Below are positions 46,017-56,550 of a stretch of 64,000 nt of DNA, piece by piece. Under the pieces are notes generated by a model that had not been told where the DNA came from, made no database searches, and worked only from the letters and a program-made list of their open reading frames with translations. Source of the DNA: a virus (taxonomy: Duplodnaviria > Caudoviricetes); the IMG/VR virus record IMGVR_UViG_3300014205_000017, positions 6,331 through 70,330 of that record, one strand, 5' to 3'. Each line of letters begins with the position of its first letter. Position 1 is the stretch's first letter. The translations under genes and the position numbers were made by a program.

Positions 46017-48437
46017 GTGGCTGATGAAGTTGAAAAGTTCGTACTCCAATATGAAGTGAGCATGAAAGATGCCATCACTCGATTGGAGCAATTGAACAAC
46101 AAAGTGGACCAAGTGCCAAAGGGCACCAAGAAGGCGACTGAAGGCTTCAAGGACTTCGCCACAGGTGCATCCGACGAAATCGGCAGGCTTGTGCCTGGCA
46201 TCGGCAGGGTCACTGGCGCGATTGGCATAATGAATGCCAGCTTCATTGGCGCGGCAGCAGCAGTCGCAGTACTCGCGGCAGGCGTAAAATCTGTCATGGC
46301 ATTGCGCGAGCAGTACAACACGCAGCGCGTCGTCGGCATGGGCATAGGCGTATCGTCTATGCGCGTTGAAGAGTACCAGAGAAAGTTCATAAAGCATGGC
46401 GAGGGCAGCGTAAGTCGAGAAAAGACGGCTGAGCAGCTCAAGAATATTGCCGATATGCAACACGCCGCGTATGCCGACTTGACGCGAGTTGGGACAGAGG
46501 CTCGCAAGTTCAAATTGATGGGCGTTGACGTTGGCGCAGTAGGAAAGCCGCAGGTTCCATTCAACGAGCTGATCAGCAAGATGGGCGAACGCTTCTCCAG
46601 GCTGAAGCCTGCTGAAGTCCAGGGCCAGGCCAAAGCATTCGGCATTGATGAAAACTTCGCCATAGCCTTATCAAAGATGGGATCATCCATCGGCAAGGTC
46701 ACAGAACATACAAATGAAGAGGTCGAGGCGCGTGCCAGGGCCGAGGCGTCACTTACAGAGTTTAATGATGAACTAGCAAAGTTAAACCAGAGCTTCAACA
46801 CTCTGGAGATCAGCCTTGGCCAGAAGTTGCTTCCGGCATTCACGGCGTTGATCGACATAGTTGACAAAATCGTCAACTTGATCCCTAAAGATGTAGTGGG
46901 AGATTTTGTAACTAACCAGACGAACTTTGCATCTGGCAATGAGAGGCCGTCAGAGTCATTCTGGGAGAACATGGCTCGTCACCCTGTCGCAGGTGCAGGT
47001 CCATTTGGCGCGGCATACCGAACCTACAAGGCGCGAACTCAGGACACATCCAACCTTGTCACGCCTATTGGGTCGGCGCAAGAGGAACGTGAAAAGACAG
47101 AGGTTCGCAGGCTGGATCCAAACTTGGGCAACCAGACCGGCAAGGGCACCGTTGACCGAACCTCCCCTGTCAACAAGACTGGAGACGCTGCCAAGGACAC
47201 CAAGACTGCCAAGTCACTTGACGAGCTAGCGAACTCGGCAGACCGTCTAAACTCTGAGGCCAGCCAGAATGCCGCGAAAATGACAACGGCAATTAACATG
47301 TTCGCTGGTGCGGTGGCTAGTTTTGCAAATGCGATTGATGAGCGCCAAGCATGGGCTGCATGGGCCGGTGAGGCCGGTAAGGCTAGCGGTCTCACCGGAC
47401 CCAGGGGGATGGGCCAGGGACCAGGAGGAAACGCCTCTAACAATGTTACAGGGCGTGACTACCAGGCAGAGGCCGAGGCATCCATCATGGCTTCGCGCCA
47501 ACCATCGACCATGCCGGCCACCCCATGGGACCAGGCGTTCGCTGACGCCGAAAGGCGCCATGGAATCCCGGCTGGCACTCTGAAGAATCAGGCTCGTGTC
47601 GAAAGTGAGTTCAACCCCAACGCAGTAAGTGAGGCAGGCGCTGAAGGCCTGCTCCAGATAATGCCAGCGAACAAGAAAGCCCTTGGCGTCAAAGACTCGT
47701 TTGACCCTCTACAGAACATCGAAGGCGCGGCCAAACTCATGGCTGAAAACCTCGCTGCTACCAATGGTAACTTGCGTGAGGCTCTGATGATGTATCATGC
47801 AGGGCCAAAGCGCGAAGGCTGGGGGCCAAAAACCAAAGCATACCCTGACAAGGTGTTGAAAGTCGCCACAGAGCCCCAGGCCACCCAGCGTGAGTGGACA
47901 GGCGTTCCGTCAGTTAAAGAGCGTGCTGAGCAGCGGGCCATCCAGGACGCGAACCGCGACCGCAATGAGGTCCGAAATCCTGAGAAAGGCGAGGCCAGAT
48001 CCAGCCTCAATCTGAAGGCTACACAGCAGAACATAGCAAGCCGACTTGGCGTGGACGTCAAACAAGTACAGCAGGGCGGCGTGAACCGTGGCGACGTGGA
48101 GTTTGCCACATCGCAGTTGGAGGCTGGCGTCAAAAACCAGATCTTCAACTTGAACAAGGAGCTTCAGGCAGTAAACCTTCCACAGTCCACCCGGACCAAG
48201 TTGATGAATGACGTTCGGGATCAAGAATATGGCCTGAAGCAACTTGAGCGCTACGGCCCAGAAGTGGCTGAGCGGCAACAAGAAGGCGCTAGGTCAATCA
48301 CAATCGGTGAGCGTGCTATCGTTATTAACCTGAACAGCGTCCAGGACCCAGCCGCCAACGCAAAAGCCATATCTGACCAGCTTGACGCGAGACTCCAGGA
48401 AATTGCCAATGGCGCGGCCACAGGAGTGAAGATTTAA
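46017..48437 (+). CDS. tape measure protein with soluble lytic transglycosylase domain
   Basis: long helical ORF; A.RRHGIP..L...ARVES.FNP.AVS.AGA.GL.Q.MP. Confidence 0.9.
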   Translation: MADEVEKFVLQYEVSMKDAITRLEQLNNKVDQVPKGTKKATEGFKDFATGASDEIGRLVPGIGRVTGAIGIMNASFIGAAAAVAVLAAGVKSVMALREQYNTQRVVGMGIGVSSMRVEEYQRKFIKHGEGSVSREKTAEQLKNIADMQHAAYADLTRVGTEARKFKLMGVDVGAVGKPQVPFNELISKMGERFSRLKPAEVQGQAKAFGIDENFAIALSKMGSSIGKVTEHTNEEVEARARAEASLTEFNDELAKLNQSFNTLEISLGQKLLPAFTALIDIVDKIVNLIPKDVVGDFVTNQTNFASGNERPSESFWENMARHPVAGAGPFGAAYRTYKARTQDTSNLVTPIGSAQEEREKTEVRRLDPNLGNQTGKGTVDRTSPVNKTGDAAKDTKTAKSLDELANSADRLNSEASQNAAKMTTAINMFAGAVASFANAIDERQAWAAWAGEAGKASGLTGPRGMGQGPGGNASNNVTGRDYQAEAEASIMASRQPSTMPATPWDQAFADAERRHGIPAGTLKNQARVESEFNPNAVSEAGAEGLLQIMPANKKALGVKDSFDPLQNIEGAAKLMAENLAATNGNLREALMMYHAGPKREGWGPKTKAYPDKVLKVATEPQATQREWTGVPSVKERAEQRAIQDANRDRNEVRNPEKGEARSSLNLKATQQNIASRLGVDVKQVQQGGVNRGDVEFATSQLEAGVKNQIFNLNKELQAVNLPQSTRTKLMNDVRDQEYGLKQLERYGPEVAERQQEGARSITIGERAIVINLNSVQDPAANAKAISDQLDARLQEIANGAATGVKI

Positions 48438-49318
48438 TGGCCCTACACGACCGAATCCTCAGGGTTACTTTGACGATGCCTGAGGGCGACAAGGTGGTTC
48501 TGGACCAGTCGCTAAACATGCGCATCAAGATTAACAAAGCCGCGATGATGCTCCAGAATAGGGCGTCCATAGATGTGTCAGGCCTCACCACTCAACTGCG
48601 CGAAACGCTCCTGTCTCAATTTAGCATCTGGAACAAAAGACTCATCGACACCGGCGTAGTGGATCGAAAGGTCTGGATTGACGTAATGATCGAGGCCGGG
48701 TGGTTCGTCGATGGCAATGACCAGTCGTCGGTGGTGTTCATAGGGCAAGTGGTCAGCACTGAGCCTACATCGCCGCCGCCTGACATAGGGATCAGAATCA
48801 ACTGCTATTCGCGTCAAATCGACAAGACGACTTTCGTCACTAGCATGGCGCCGTCAAGCATCACATTCAGCGATTATGTAGCGTGGGCCGCTGGCCAGAT
48901 GGGGCTTGGCACTAACTTCATTTGTGACACCTCATACAACGACGTCATCCTGTCCAATCCTTCTCGATCCTCCTTTGTTCGCAGCGCATTGCTGATTGAC
49001 ATCCAGAACCAGTACAGGCCAGATGTCGCGGCTTTCATTGATGACAACTTACTTATTGTCAAAGATGTGAACAAGTTGATCAACCCAAAGGCCATCCCCA
49101 AATTAACTGAGCTCATCGGAATCCCCAGTTGGACTGAGTGGGGAGTCGAGTTCGTCGTGCTTATGAATGGCGCTGTAAAACTCGCCAACGGTGTCGACAT
49201 CAAATCCAAGATGAACCCAAGCATGAACGGCCAGTACGTCGTGATGACTTTGGAGTATGATCTGTGCAGCCGTGATAAACCATTTTATGTAAAAGGAGGG
49301 GCGAGCCCGCCCGCTTGA
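48437..49318 (+). CDS. baseplate hub protein
   Basis: follows the tape measure; 293 aa. Confidence 0.7.
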   Translation: MALHDRILRVTLTMPEGDKVVLDQSLNMRIKINKAAMMLQNRASIDVSGLTTQLRETLLSQFSIWNKRLIDTGVVDRKVWIDVMIEAGWFVDGNDQSSVVFIGQVVSTEPTSPPPDIGIRINCYSRQIDKTTFVTSMAPSSITFSDYVAWAAGQMGLGTNFICDTSYNDVILSNPSRSSFVRSALLIDIQNQYRPDVAAFIDDNLLIVKDVNKLINPKAIPKLTELIGIPSWTEWGVEFVVLMNGAVKLANGVDIKSKMNPSMNGQYVVMTLEYDLCSRDKPFYVKGGASPPA

Positions 49319-49319
49319 T

Positions 49320-49832
49320 ATGGCCAGAATTACTAAGATGTTTGACACGTTCGGAGTTCAGTACAGATCCACCCAATACTCTGCCGCGACTGGAATAGAC
49401 CTGATGGATGACATCATGGGAACAGGGCCGATGGAAGTTCTGTGTCTGACCGAGGTGAAGCGTGGCGACGTGTGGGTGCCATTGACAACTCCAGAGGCCA
49501 TCAATGAACTTGTCAGAGACAAGGCCGCCATCTTGCCAGGCGTCCTTGTCCTCAAAGGGTTGTGCTCAATCGTGAGCGACTTCAACTTTGCATTCCTTGT
49601 CGGATGGCACGGCGTAAAAGTCCCTAACAGATTCATTGACGGTACAGAAGGCGTGTCAACCAAATATTCCAAGCCGATGATATCGCAACTAGTGAATGAT
49701 GGCATCCCACTTCGCGATCTTGAGGAATATTATTCACTTGAGGATGCATTCAGGATGTTTGATATCCGTATGGCCAAAGGAGTTAATGAAGCGCTGGCTA
49801 CAGAGGCAGCGAACAAGCGCAATGCCCGATAA
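49320..49832 (+). CDS. chaperone-like protein (G/T-like fusion)
   Basis: C-terminal LEEYYSLEDAF.MFD resembles the T segment of myovirus tail chaperones. Confidence 0.55.
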   Translation: MARITKMFDTFGVQYRSTQYSAATGIDLMDDIMGTGPMEVLCLTEVKRGDVWVPLTTPEAINELVRDKAAILPGVLVLKGLCSIVSDFNFAFLVGWHGVKVPNRFIDGTEGVSTKYSKPMISQLVNDGIPLRDLEEYYSLEDAFRMFDIRMAKGVNEALATEAANKRNAR

Positions 49833-49866
49833 CAGGTTTACTTGATACATCCGCGACCGCTATAAT

Positions 49867-50592
49867 ATGGTGAATCCGAACAGGCGCCAAGCCATGTCCC
49901 TAAAGCCATTAATCAATGCAACCTCCTCAGATAGCAAGAGCGAGTCAAGCGCACTCGCGGCTATCATGAGGAGTGGCGAGCTGAACTTTGAGGTCATGCT
50001 GCCAGCCATCCTGATCAACTTTGACAGGGCCAAAAACATCGCCACAATCCAGCCACTTATAACTTGGATTGACATGGGCGATAATGCCAAGCCAAGAAAT
50101 CAATATGCAGATGTGCCAGTTGTATCTTTAGGTGGTGGCGGATTCCACATCAGCTTCCCTCTGAAGAAGGGCGACCTGGGCTGGATCCATGCTGCTGACA
50201 GGGACATGTCCCAGTTCATCAAATCCCTGAAGATGGCCAAGCCTAACTCCATGCGCACCCACAAGTTTGAAGACGGCTTGTTTGTGCCGGACGTTTTCAG
50301 ACAGTATGCCATAAACAGCGAGGATGGCGCCGCGCTAGTGATCCAATCGACTGACGGCGCCACGCGCATATCAGTGCGAGCCGACAACATAAAGATCACG
50401 GCGCCTACTGGAGTCACAATTGACACGCCATTGACCACCATCACCGGCAATGTCAAGATCAATGGCGACGTCGTCATGGACAAATCACTATCTGTCGCCA
50501 TCGAGGCGACGGTGGCAGGCATACCGGTCACCAAACACGGGCACATAAGCAGTGCTCCAGGCACACGAACTGCTAACGGGATGATCCCATAA
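49867..50592 (+). CDS. baseplate central spike (Gp138/gpV-like)
   Basis: LPA.LINFD...ATIQP...DVPV...GGGG...P.KKGD; C-terminal HGH; start may be 49894. Confidence 0.85.
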   Translation: MVNPNRRQAMSLKPLINATSSDSKSESSALAAIMRSGELNFEVMLPAILINFDRAKNIATIQPLITWIDMGDNAKPRNQYADVPVVSLGGGGFHISFPLKKGDLGWIHAADRDMSQFIKSLKMAKPNSMRTHKFEDGLFVPDVFRQYAINSEDGAALVIQSTDGATRISVRADNIKITAPTGVTIDTPLTTITGNVKINGDVVMDKSLSVAIEATVAGIPVTKHGHISSAPGTRTANGMIP

Positions 50593-51845
50593 TGACAGGG
50601 TACAGCTACATCACCGATACAGGCATCGTCTCAGCTGACACCGCTGACATTCTTGATGTCGTCCAACGGGAGTGGCGCGCCTCTCTCGGCCAGAAGCTGA
50701 ACGTTGCCGCTGCCACTCCACAGGGCACAATGATCGCAGGCGAGGCGATTGCCCGCACCAGCACGATGAAGACCAATGTCGAGTTGGCAAACCAGATGAA
50801 CCCTCAGTTCTCATACGGGCCGTTCCTCGATGCCAACTGCGCTTTCCTTGGCATCGAGCGTGGATCCAACAAGTCCACCAAAGTAACTGCGGCCGAGTCA
50901 GTTGGCGATCCAGCCACCAGAATCCAGAAGGGCTCCAGAGTCCAATCCCCAGGCGGTGAAGTATTCATCACTACTGAGGACATCGAGATTGGGGTCACAG
51001 GAGTCGCAGCCACCAATCTGGTGTCAGTCGCATTCGGAGATATTCCCGTTGAAGTGGGCGACATGAGGATTGTTGACGGGACAATCGGATGGGGCGCCGT
51101 CACAATCCTGTCAACGTCCACGATCACTCCTGGCGTCCTGGCACTGACCAATGCACAACTAAAGAACCAACGCAGCAGACGGTTGGCCAGCTTAGGGCGT
51201 AGTGGCACTGAGGCAGTATGGGCAGAAGTTCTGGCAGTGGACAACGTAAGTTCTGTCAAGGTCGTTGAGAACAACACCGGAGCAGTTGGAACAGTCCAAG
51301 GCGTTCAGTTCACACTTCCTGGCGCGGCCTGGGTTTGCGTCGCTGGTACTCCGAACCAACAGGCAGTTGCCGATGCCCTGTACGCCGCGCACATGATGAG
51401 TTGCCCATGGGATTATGGCACCAACGCTGGCGTGCCAGTAAACCCTCCTAATGGCGTTGCTGTGGTCGATCCGATCACAGGCCTGACGTACAGTGTCAAG
51501 TGGACCACTCCATTCCAGTTCGATACTTACATCAAGGCCACAATTGCCAACGGCACCAGCGCAGCCTCGCCAATCCAAGGCGTGGGCAATGCCATCATCA
51601 ACTATGCCAATGGGAACATCGAGGGTGAAGAGGGTTTCGTAGTAGGTGCGAGCGTATCAGGCTATGAGCTTGCAGGCGCTGTTTCTAGGACGCTCCCAGG
51701 CCTATACGTGCGGTCGATCCTAGTGGCTTGCGTGCCAGCCGGTAGCGCCCCGCCTGCAGCTGGCGCCTACACGTCAGAATTCATCATGTCGCCATTCGGC
51801 CAAGCCAACATTGCAATTGGCAACATACAGGTGATTACGGTATGA
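50592..51845 (+). CDS. baseplate wedge protein (gpJ-like)
   Basis: TG....D.....TPQG.MI...LD.....L; 417 aa. Confidence 0.85.
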   Translation: MTGYSYITDTGIVSADTADILDVVQREWRASLGQKLNVAAATPQGTMIAGEAIARTSTMKTNVELANQMNPQFSYGPFLDANCAFLGIERGSNKSTKVTAAESVGDPATRIQKGSRVQSPGGEVFITTEDIEIGVTGVAATNLVSVAFGDIPVEVGDMRIVDGTIGWGAVTILSTSTITPGVLALTNAQLKNQRSRRLASLGRSGTEAVWAEVLAVDNVSSVKVVENNTGAVGTVQGVQFTLPGAAWVCVAGTPNQQAVADALYAAHMMSCPWDYGTNAGVPVNPPNGVAVVDPITGLTYSVKWTTPFQFDTYIKATIANGTSAASPIQGVGNAIINYANGNIEGEEGFVVGASVSGYELAGAVSRTLPGLYVRSILVACVPAGSAPPAAGAYTSEFIMSPFGQANIAIGNIQVITV

Positions 51846-52525
51846 CCATGACGCCTTTCGACGGCAGCATTCAACAGGCACTGAAGTGGTCGCAGAACAA
51901 GGCGCCTGGCATCAGCAGCATCATCGAAAGGAAGGCTGAATGGTACCAGAACAACCACGACCAGTTCTGGTCAGGTTGGCAGTCTGCGGTATTTGACATT
52001 CGCACGGCCAACCCATTTGGACTGATGGTATGGTGCATCATCCTTGGTGTTCCATCTGCGCCATTCGGGCTGTATCCTGCTGCGAATGGCTGGGGATTCG
52101 GGCCACTGCGCGAGAATTTCATTCACAAGGCTGGATCGCCGCCGATTCCAGGTAGCAGCAACCCCAACCTGACAGGCGGCAACTTCTATGGCGGCGGCAA
52201 CAAAGAAATTTTGAACATGGATGAAGTTCGTCGCGCTCTGCAGACTCGATACATCGCCCTGGTGTCAAACGGCGGCGTCAAATTCATCAACCGCATGCTG
52301 CGATACATCTGGAATGGCGATCAGCCGTGGGACATGCAGGGCGGGCGGTACTTCTATCTGGCAGACATCACCAGCCAGACTCCGACCAGCTCCAAACACA
52401 TTGTGGAATACAGGGTAGGTCCGAACATGGAAATATCCACCCAACTAATCAACGTTTTGAATGATCGCTCGATGGGCATCATGCCCAACGTCTGCGGCAC
52501 CAAAATAATCGTAACTCAGGAGTAA
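51842..52525 (+). CDS. baseplate wedge protein (DUF2612-like)
   Basis: FDIRTAN.FGL.VW..ILG. Confidence 0.8.
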   Translation: MTMTPFDGSIQQALKWSQNKAPGISSIIERKAEWYQNNHDQFWSGWQSAVFDIRTANPFGLMVWCIILGVPSAPFGLYPAANGWGFGPLRENFIHKAGSPPIPGSSNPNLTGGNFYGGGNKEILNMDEVRRALQTRYIALVSNGGVKFINRMLRYIWNGDQPWDMQGGRYFYLADITSQTPTSSKHIVEYRVGPNMEISTQLINVLNDRSMGIMPNVCGTKIIVTQE

Positions 52526-52530
52526 ACAGC

Positions 52531-55056
52531 GTGCCACTAATCGTACCTGATTTGATCATCCAGCCGTTCGCGAATGGTGCGACTGTTGATGATATCCAAA
52601 CGCCGCCGCAGACGGACGGTAATGGATTTGTCAACTTTACGAACGGCTACACGCCATTCTATGAGATCAGCCTTACTGCCAACGATCCATTGGCCAAGGC
52701 TGTCGAGCGCCAAGTGCAGAACTACATGTTCAATGCTTTGACGAAAAACGCGATGGCTTGGCAAGGCCAGGGCCTTCCCGTTTGGTTTCCTGCCAGATCC
52801 GGTGGTTACGTCAAAGATGCCCAAGTCATTCGCGTCGTGGCAGGCGTCAACCAGATATTCCGATCTACAGCAGATAACAACATCACAGATCCTGCCAACA
52901 GCGCGACCTGGATGTATGTGCAAAATACCTCTGAGATCATCAAGAACGTGCCTATGCCTGCAGGTGGTCCGGGCGGGCCAAGCGCAGAATTGATCACGGT
53001 GGCGACCAACTTGGCCACTCTTGGTCGAGGCACCTATGAGATTGTGTCTGATGCCGTTGCGCAGGTTTGCCCCGGCGTCGGGTATGTCCCTGGAACAGCT
53101 GCGACAGCCGGCATGTTGGAGGTGGTGACTTGGACATCAGGCGCGCAGCTAGTCACAATGCAGCGATACACAGACAGGAACGGCACCATATTCACCAAGT
53201 CCGGCATCGACTCTGTATTTGGCCCATGGACCATTCAGGTCGGCACCAACTACCTACAGCGCGGCACTGCTCTGTATGCAGGGGCCTCTGGTGCCGTGGC
53301 CAACGTGTACGTGGCCAACACGGTGCCATCATTCTCTGAGTTCAGTATCAGCACCGTTCTCAACCTGTACTTCGGTGGCGCAGGAACGGTGCCGAACACA
53401 GGCCCGAGCACCATCGACGTTAACGGCACTGGCCCGTTGCCGCTATCGGGTGCGAGTGGCAACCTGCTTCAGGGCGGGGAGATCATCGGCGGCTCAATGG
53501 CCCAGATTCGCTTCAGAGGTACAAGCTGGGTGTTTGTGCCTCAGTACGGTGGCAGCCTCCCAATCAAGGATGCTGTGGCGAGCCGTCAAGCAGCATCGCT
53601 CGGCCAAGTCAACTCTCTGATCGCAGCCGCGCAAATCAACGATGTTCAGTGGTCCGCCGTCAAGAACACACCTACCACACTTGGCGGATACGGCATCACG
53701 AACGCTCTGCCTAACCTGAATCCTGGGGTGGGAGGAAACTATGATTTGCGTGGCGCGCAATACGCATTCGTGACTGCGACAAGTGAGACGCATGTTGCAG
53801 CGAATTCGTATTGGAGTGGCACCGACTGGATGAGGATGGACGTGGCCAAGTCTGCGAGTGTTCTTGTGCTGAACCAGTTCGGAGCCAGAATACAAAAAAT
53901 CGCAGCCGGGGCTAACCCAATCGTTTGGCCAGCTGCCCAAACATTCACAATTTGCGACTTTAGCAATTCATATTCTCGCGTTGAGTCAGATGCCACGTTT
54001 GCCAAGAAGGCCACTACACTTGGCGGGTACGGCATAACTGATGCCATCCCGAATGTAAACAACCTTGGCGTCAACTTTGACCTCCACGGCGCGACTGCCA
54101 GCTTCGTGACTTCTGCAGCTGAAGTTTTCATGGCTGCGAATGCTTGGTATAATGGCACAGCCTGGGTGCAGCATGACCCCAGCAAGCCTTCCGTCTCAAT
54201 CGGAATCACCGGCAACACTCCCGTGATACTTCGCGCCCCAGTCGGGGCATCAGGTGCATTCTGGAATTATAACCAGATCTTGATGGCGAAAGACTTCACC
54301 TATGACAAGACTGAGGTCAACGCTTTGCTGGCCCCAATCAACGTAGCACTTGCCCAGAAAGCGAATGCTGCCACGACACTGGCCGGGTACGGCATTACAG
54401 ACGGCCTTCCTAACCTTTCGCCAGGATCAGGTGCGGGAGGCAACTACACCCTGCTAGGCCAGCAATACGTCTTCACAGCTGCCACCACCATCGCGCACTT
54501 GTGCCAAAACGCATCCTGGAACGGCGCGCAATGGAGCCGAATGGACGTGTCCAAGGGCGGCATTGTTGTCATGGCCATAAATGGAAAGCTGGTGGTACAA
54601 CCTTTTGCTGCTGGGGCGAACCCACTCAGCTTTCCCAACACGTTCGACGTGATCAACTCTAGTGATGTTGCCACAGAGACCAAAGTTGGCATCGCCCCGA
54701 TTGCGCCGATTGCGACTGTCAACGCTGGCGTGGACGACTTCGCATCTGTGACATCCAAAAAGCTGCGTTGGGGCGTCAGCATGAGCCTTGGCCCTAATGG
54801 GTTCTTGGCTCTGCCATCGTGGCTTGGCGGCGTGATCTTCAACTGGGGCCGTGCTAACGTCACCGGTAACGGCCAAGTGATACTGTTCCCCAAAGCCTAC
54901 CCATCTGAAGTGTTCGTCTTCATTCCAGGCACAGGCACCGACACTGGTGGCGCTGCCGAAGTCATGAACACTGTTGTCGGCTCTCTAGGTTTGTCAGGCG
55001 TCACAGTGAATGCCACTTCAGTCGCTGAATACCACTGGCTCTCAGTAGGTCGATAA
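52531..55056 (+). CDS. tail fibre protein with three internal repeat modules
   Basis: 841 aa; TTLGGYGIT repeats at 53674, 54013 and 54373; gp53-like C-terminus NG...LP...GG.I.NWG. Confidence 0.85.
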   Translation: MPLIVPDLIIQPFANGATVDDIQTPPQTDGNGFVNFTNGYTPFYEISLTANDPLAKAVERQVQNYMFNALTKNAMAWQGQGLPVWFPARSGGYVKDAQVIRVVAGVNQIFRSTADNNITDPANSATWMYVQNTSEIIKNVPMPAGGPGGPSAELITVATNLATLGRGTYEIVSDAVAQVCPGVGYVPGTAATAGMLEVVTWTSGAQLVTMQRYTDRNGTIFTKSGIDSVFGPWTIQVGTNYLQRGTALYAGASGAVANVYVANTVPSFSEFSISTVLNLYFGGAGTVPNTGPSTIDVNGTGPLPLSGASGNLLQGGEIIGGSMAQIRFRGTSWVFVPQYGGSLPIKDAVASRQAASLGQVNSLIAAAQINDVQWSAVKNTPTTLGGYGITNALPNLNPGVGGNYDLRGAQYAFVTATSETHVAANSYWSGTDWMRMDVAKSASVLVLNQFGARIQKIAAGANPIVWPAAQTFTICDFSNSYSRVESDATFAKKATTLGGYGITDAIPNVNNLGVNFDLHGATASFVTSAAEVFMAANAWYNGTAWVQHDPSKPSVSIGITGNTPVILRAPVGASGAFWNYNQILMAKDFTYDKTEVNALLAPINVALAQKANAATTLAGYGITDGLPNLSPGSGAGGNYTLLGQQYVFTAATTIAHLCQNASWNGAQWSRMDVSKGGIVVMAINGKLVVQPFAAGANPLSFPNTFDVINSSDVATETKVGIAPIAPIATVNAGVDDFASVTSKKLRWGVSMSLGPNGFLALPSWLGGVIFNWGRANVTGNGQVILFPKAYPSEVFVFIPGTGTDTGGAAEVMNTVVGSLGLSGVTVNATSVAEYHWLSVGR

Positions 55057-55063
55057 TCCACAG

Positions 55064-55091
55064 TGACAGGCTAGAATCATCTAGCCTGTCA
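55064..55091. other. 11-bp inverted repeat directly upstream of the endolysin RBS
   Basis: TGACAGGCTAG/CTAGCCTGTCA. Confidence 0.6.
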
Positions 55092-55104
55092 AACAGGAGT
55101 AGTA

Positions 55105-55761
55105 ATGAACGTATCTGAAGAAGTAATCGTCATCGGCACTGGTTGTAGCCCTTCCCAGGCAAAGGTCTGGTCTGGCCCAATCAATTCCGCCCTGATCAAG
55201 TTCGGAATTACCACCATCAATCCTGTCGCGGCATTCCTGGCCAACGCTGGGGTTGAGACGGGCGGGTTGAAAGCCTTCACCGAGAACCTCAACTATAGTG
55301 CTCAGGGGCTCGCTAACACGTGGAAAAGCCGTTACTCGGTTGACCCCAAGGCTACCCCCAAGGTGCCCAACGCGCTCGCCCTACAGCTTGCAAAGCGACC
55401 AGAGGCCATAGCAAATAACTGTTATGCAGATCGCATGGGGAATGGCAATGAAGCGAGCGGTGACGGGTGGAAGTATCGCGGCCAGGGCATATTCCAGCTG
55501 ACAGGCCGCGCCAACTTTCAGGCATTCTTCAAGGCAGCTGGCCTTCCTGAAGACTCTGATCCGGCGATTGTCTGCGAGCCGCAGTCTGCCGCGCTGTCAG
55601 CTGCTTGGTTTTTCAAAGAGCGCGGCTGTATTCCATTGGCCGAGAAGGATAACATCAGCGCAGTGGTCAAGCTGATCAATGGCGCTGTGCCAGGGGCTGC
55701 GAATCACGGGCCATTGCGGGTGAGCCGATATCTGGCTGCGAAGCGGGCGATGCGAGGTTAG
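55105..55761 (+). CDS. endolysin, glycoside hydrolase family 19
   Basis: AAFLA....ETGG...ENLNYSA..L, GDGWKYRG.G..QLTGR.N. Confidence 0.92.
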   Translation: MNVSEEVIVIGTGCSPSQAKVWSGPINSALIKFGITTINPVAAFLANAGVETGGLKAFTENLNYSAQGLANTWKSRYSVDPKATPKVPNALALQLAKRPEAIANNCYADRMGNGNEASGDGWKYRGQGIFQLTGRANFQAFFKAAGLPEDSDPAIVCEPQSAALSAAWFFKERGCIPLAEKDNISAVVKLINGAVPGAANHGPLRVSRYLAAKRAMRG

Positions 55762-55777
55762 CTGAAGTTGTGATGCC

Positions 55778-55806
55778 AAAACACCCCTATCAAGGGGTGT
55801 TGTTTT
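55778..55806. terminator. bidirectional terminator
   Basis: AACACCCCT/AGGGGTGTT with A/T tails. Confidence 0.7.
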
Positions 55807-56029
55807 GAGGGGCTTGAATTAAAGCAGGAGGGTCGGCGATGGGCGCAATGTCATCGCTGGTGTAACTTCCTGCTGTACTGATCAAGCCTATCAGTATGGC
55901 CCTTGCCATCTTATCCTTGATCGTCTCACCAATGACTCTGGTAAGTACGTTGAGCAACTCCTGCTTCAACTGGGGACTCATACGCTTTATGAAGCCCTTC
56001 CGTGGTCGTCTCATTCTCATGTCATTCAC
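55790..56029 (-). CDS. hypothetical protein
   Basis: 79 aa, basic N-terminus. Confidence 0.5.
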   Translation of the reverse strand: MNDMRMRRPRKGFIKRMSPQLKQELLNVLTRVIGETIKDKMARAILIGLISTAGSYTSDDIAPIADPPALIQAPQNNTP

Positions 56030-56240
56030 CCTATGTTCTGTGCTGTGTTAAGTCCTTTAACATCGCTCTGAGCGTTGGCTTATTATGGAGCGACTACGGT
56101 GTATCGAAAGGCCTGGGCAGCCGGTATGCGCCTATAGCGTGCGACAAGTATATACCCTAATCATCGCGGCCACTAGTGTGGTGTTTGAACATCCAGTAAT
56201 AGCCTTTCGCCCCTATACTGGCTGGGAACTTTCTGGCAAC

Positions 56241-56263
56241 AAAAAGGTCCGAGAACGGACCTT
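56241..56263 (-). terminator. intrinsic terminator
   Basis: AAGGTCCG/CGGACCTT followed by T5 on the minus strand. Confidence 0.7.
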
Positions 56264-56289
56264 GATTAACGTACATTGGACGGACGATT

Positions 56290-56550
56290 CTATGCCTGGT
56301 CCGCGAGTAGTCGCCCGTGGTTATCTACCAGGGCGTGTTCGTTTCCTAGCCTATCAGGAGCCGGTGCGATCAGTCCGACCGCCGCGAGCCAGAAGTGCCA
56401 TCCGATGGCCAGATACATACGGTCGCCGTATCCATCGCCCGCCCTGAGGCGTTTGATGGCTGGCCTGGTGATGCCCAGGCGCATAGCTGCGGCCTCCTCA
56501 AACCGCAGCCGCTCATCCTCGATCAGCTCAGCTTGAGAAGGCACGCTCAC
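56290..56550 (-). CDS. hypothetical protein
   Basis: 86 aa, GTGA coupling. Confidence 0.65.
   Translation of the reverse strand: MSVPSQAELIEDERLRFEEAAAMRLGITRPAIKRLRAGDGYGDRMYLAIGWHFWLAAVGLIAPAPDRLGNEHALVDNHGRLLADQA

Noticed and set aside
45990-46017. Programmed -1 frameshift between tail chaperone and tape measure
   Set aside because: No slippery heptamer and only 6 bp separate the genes.
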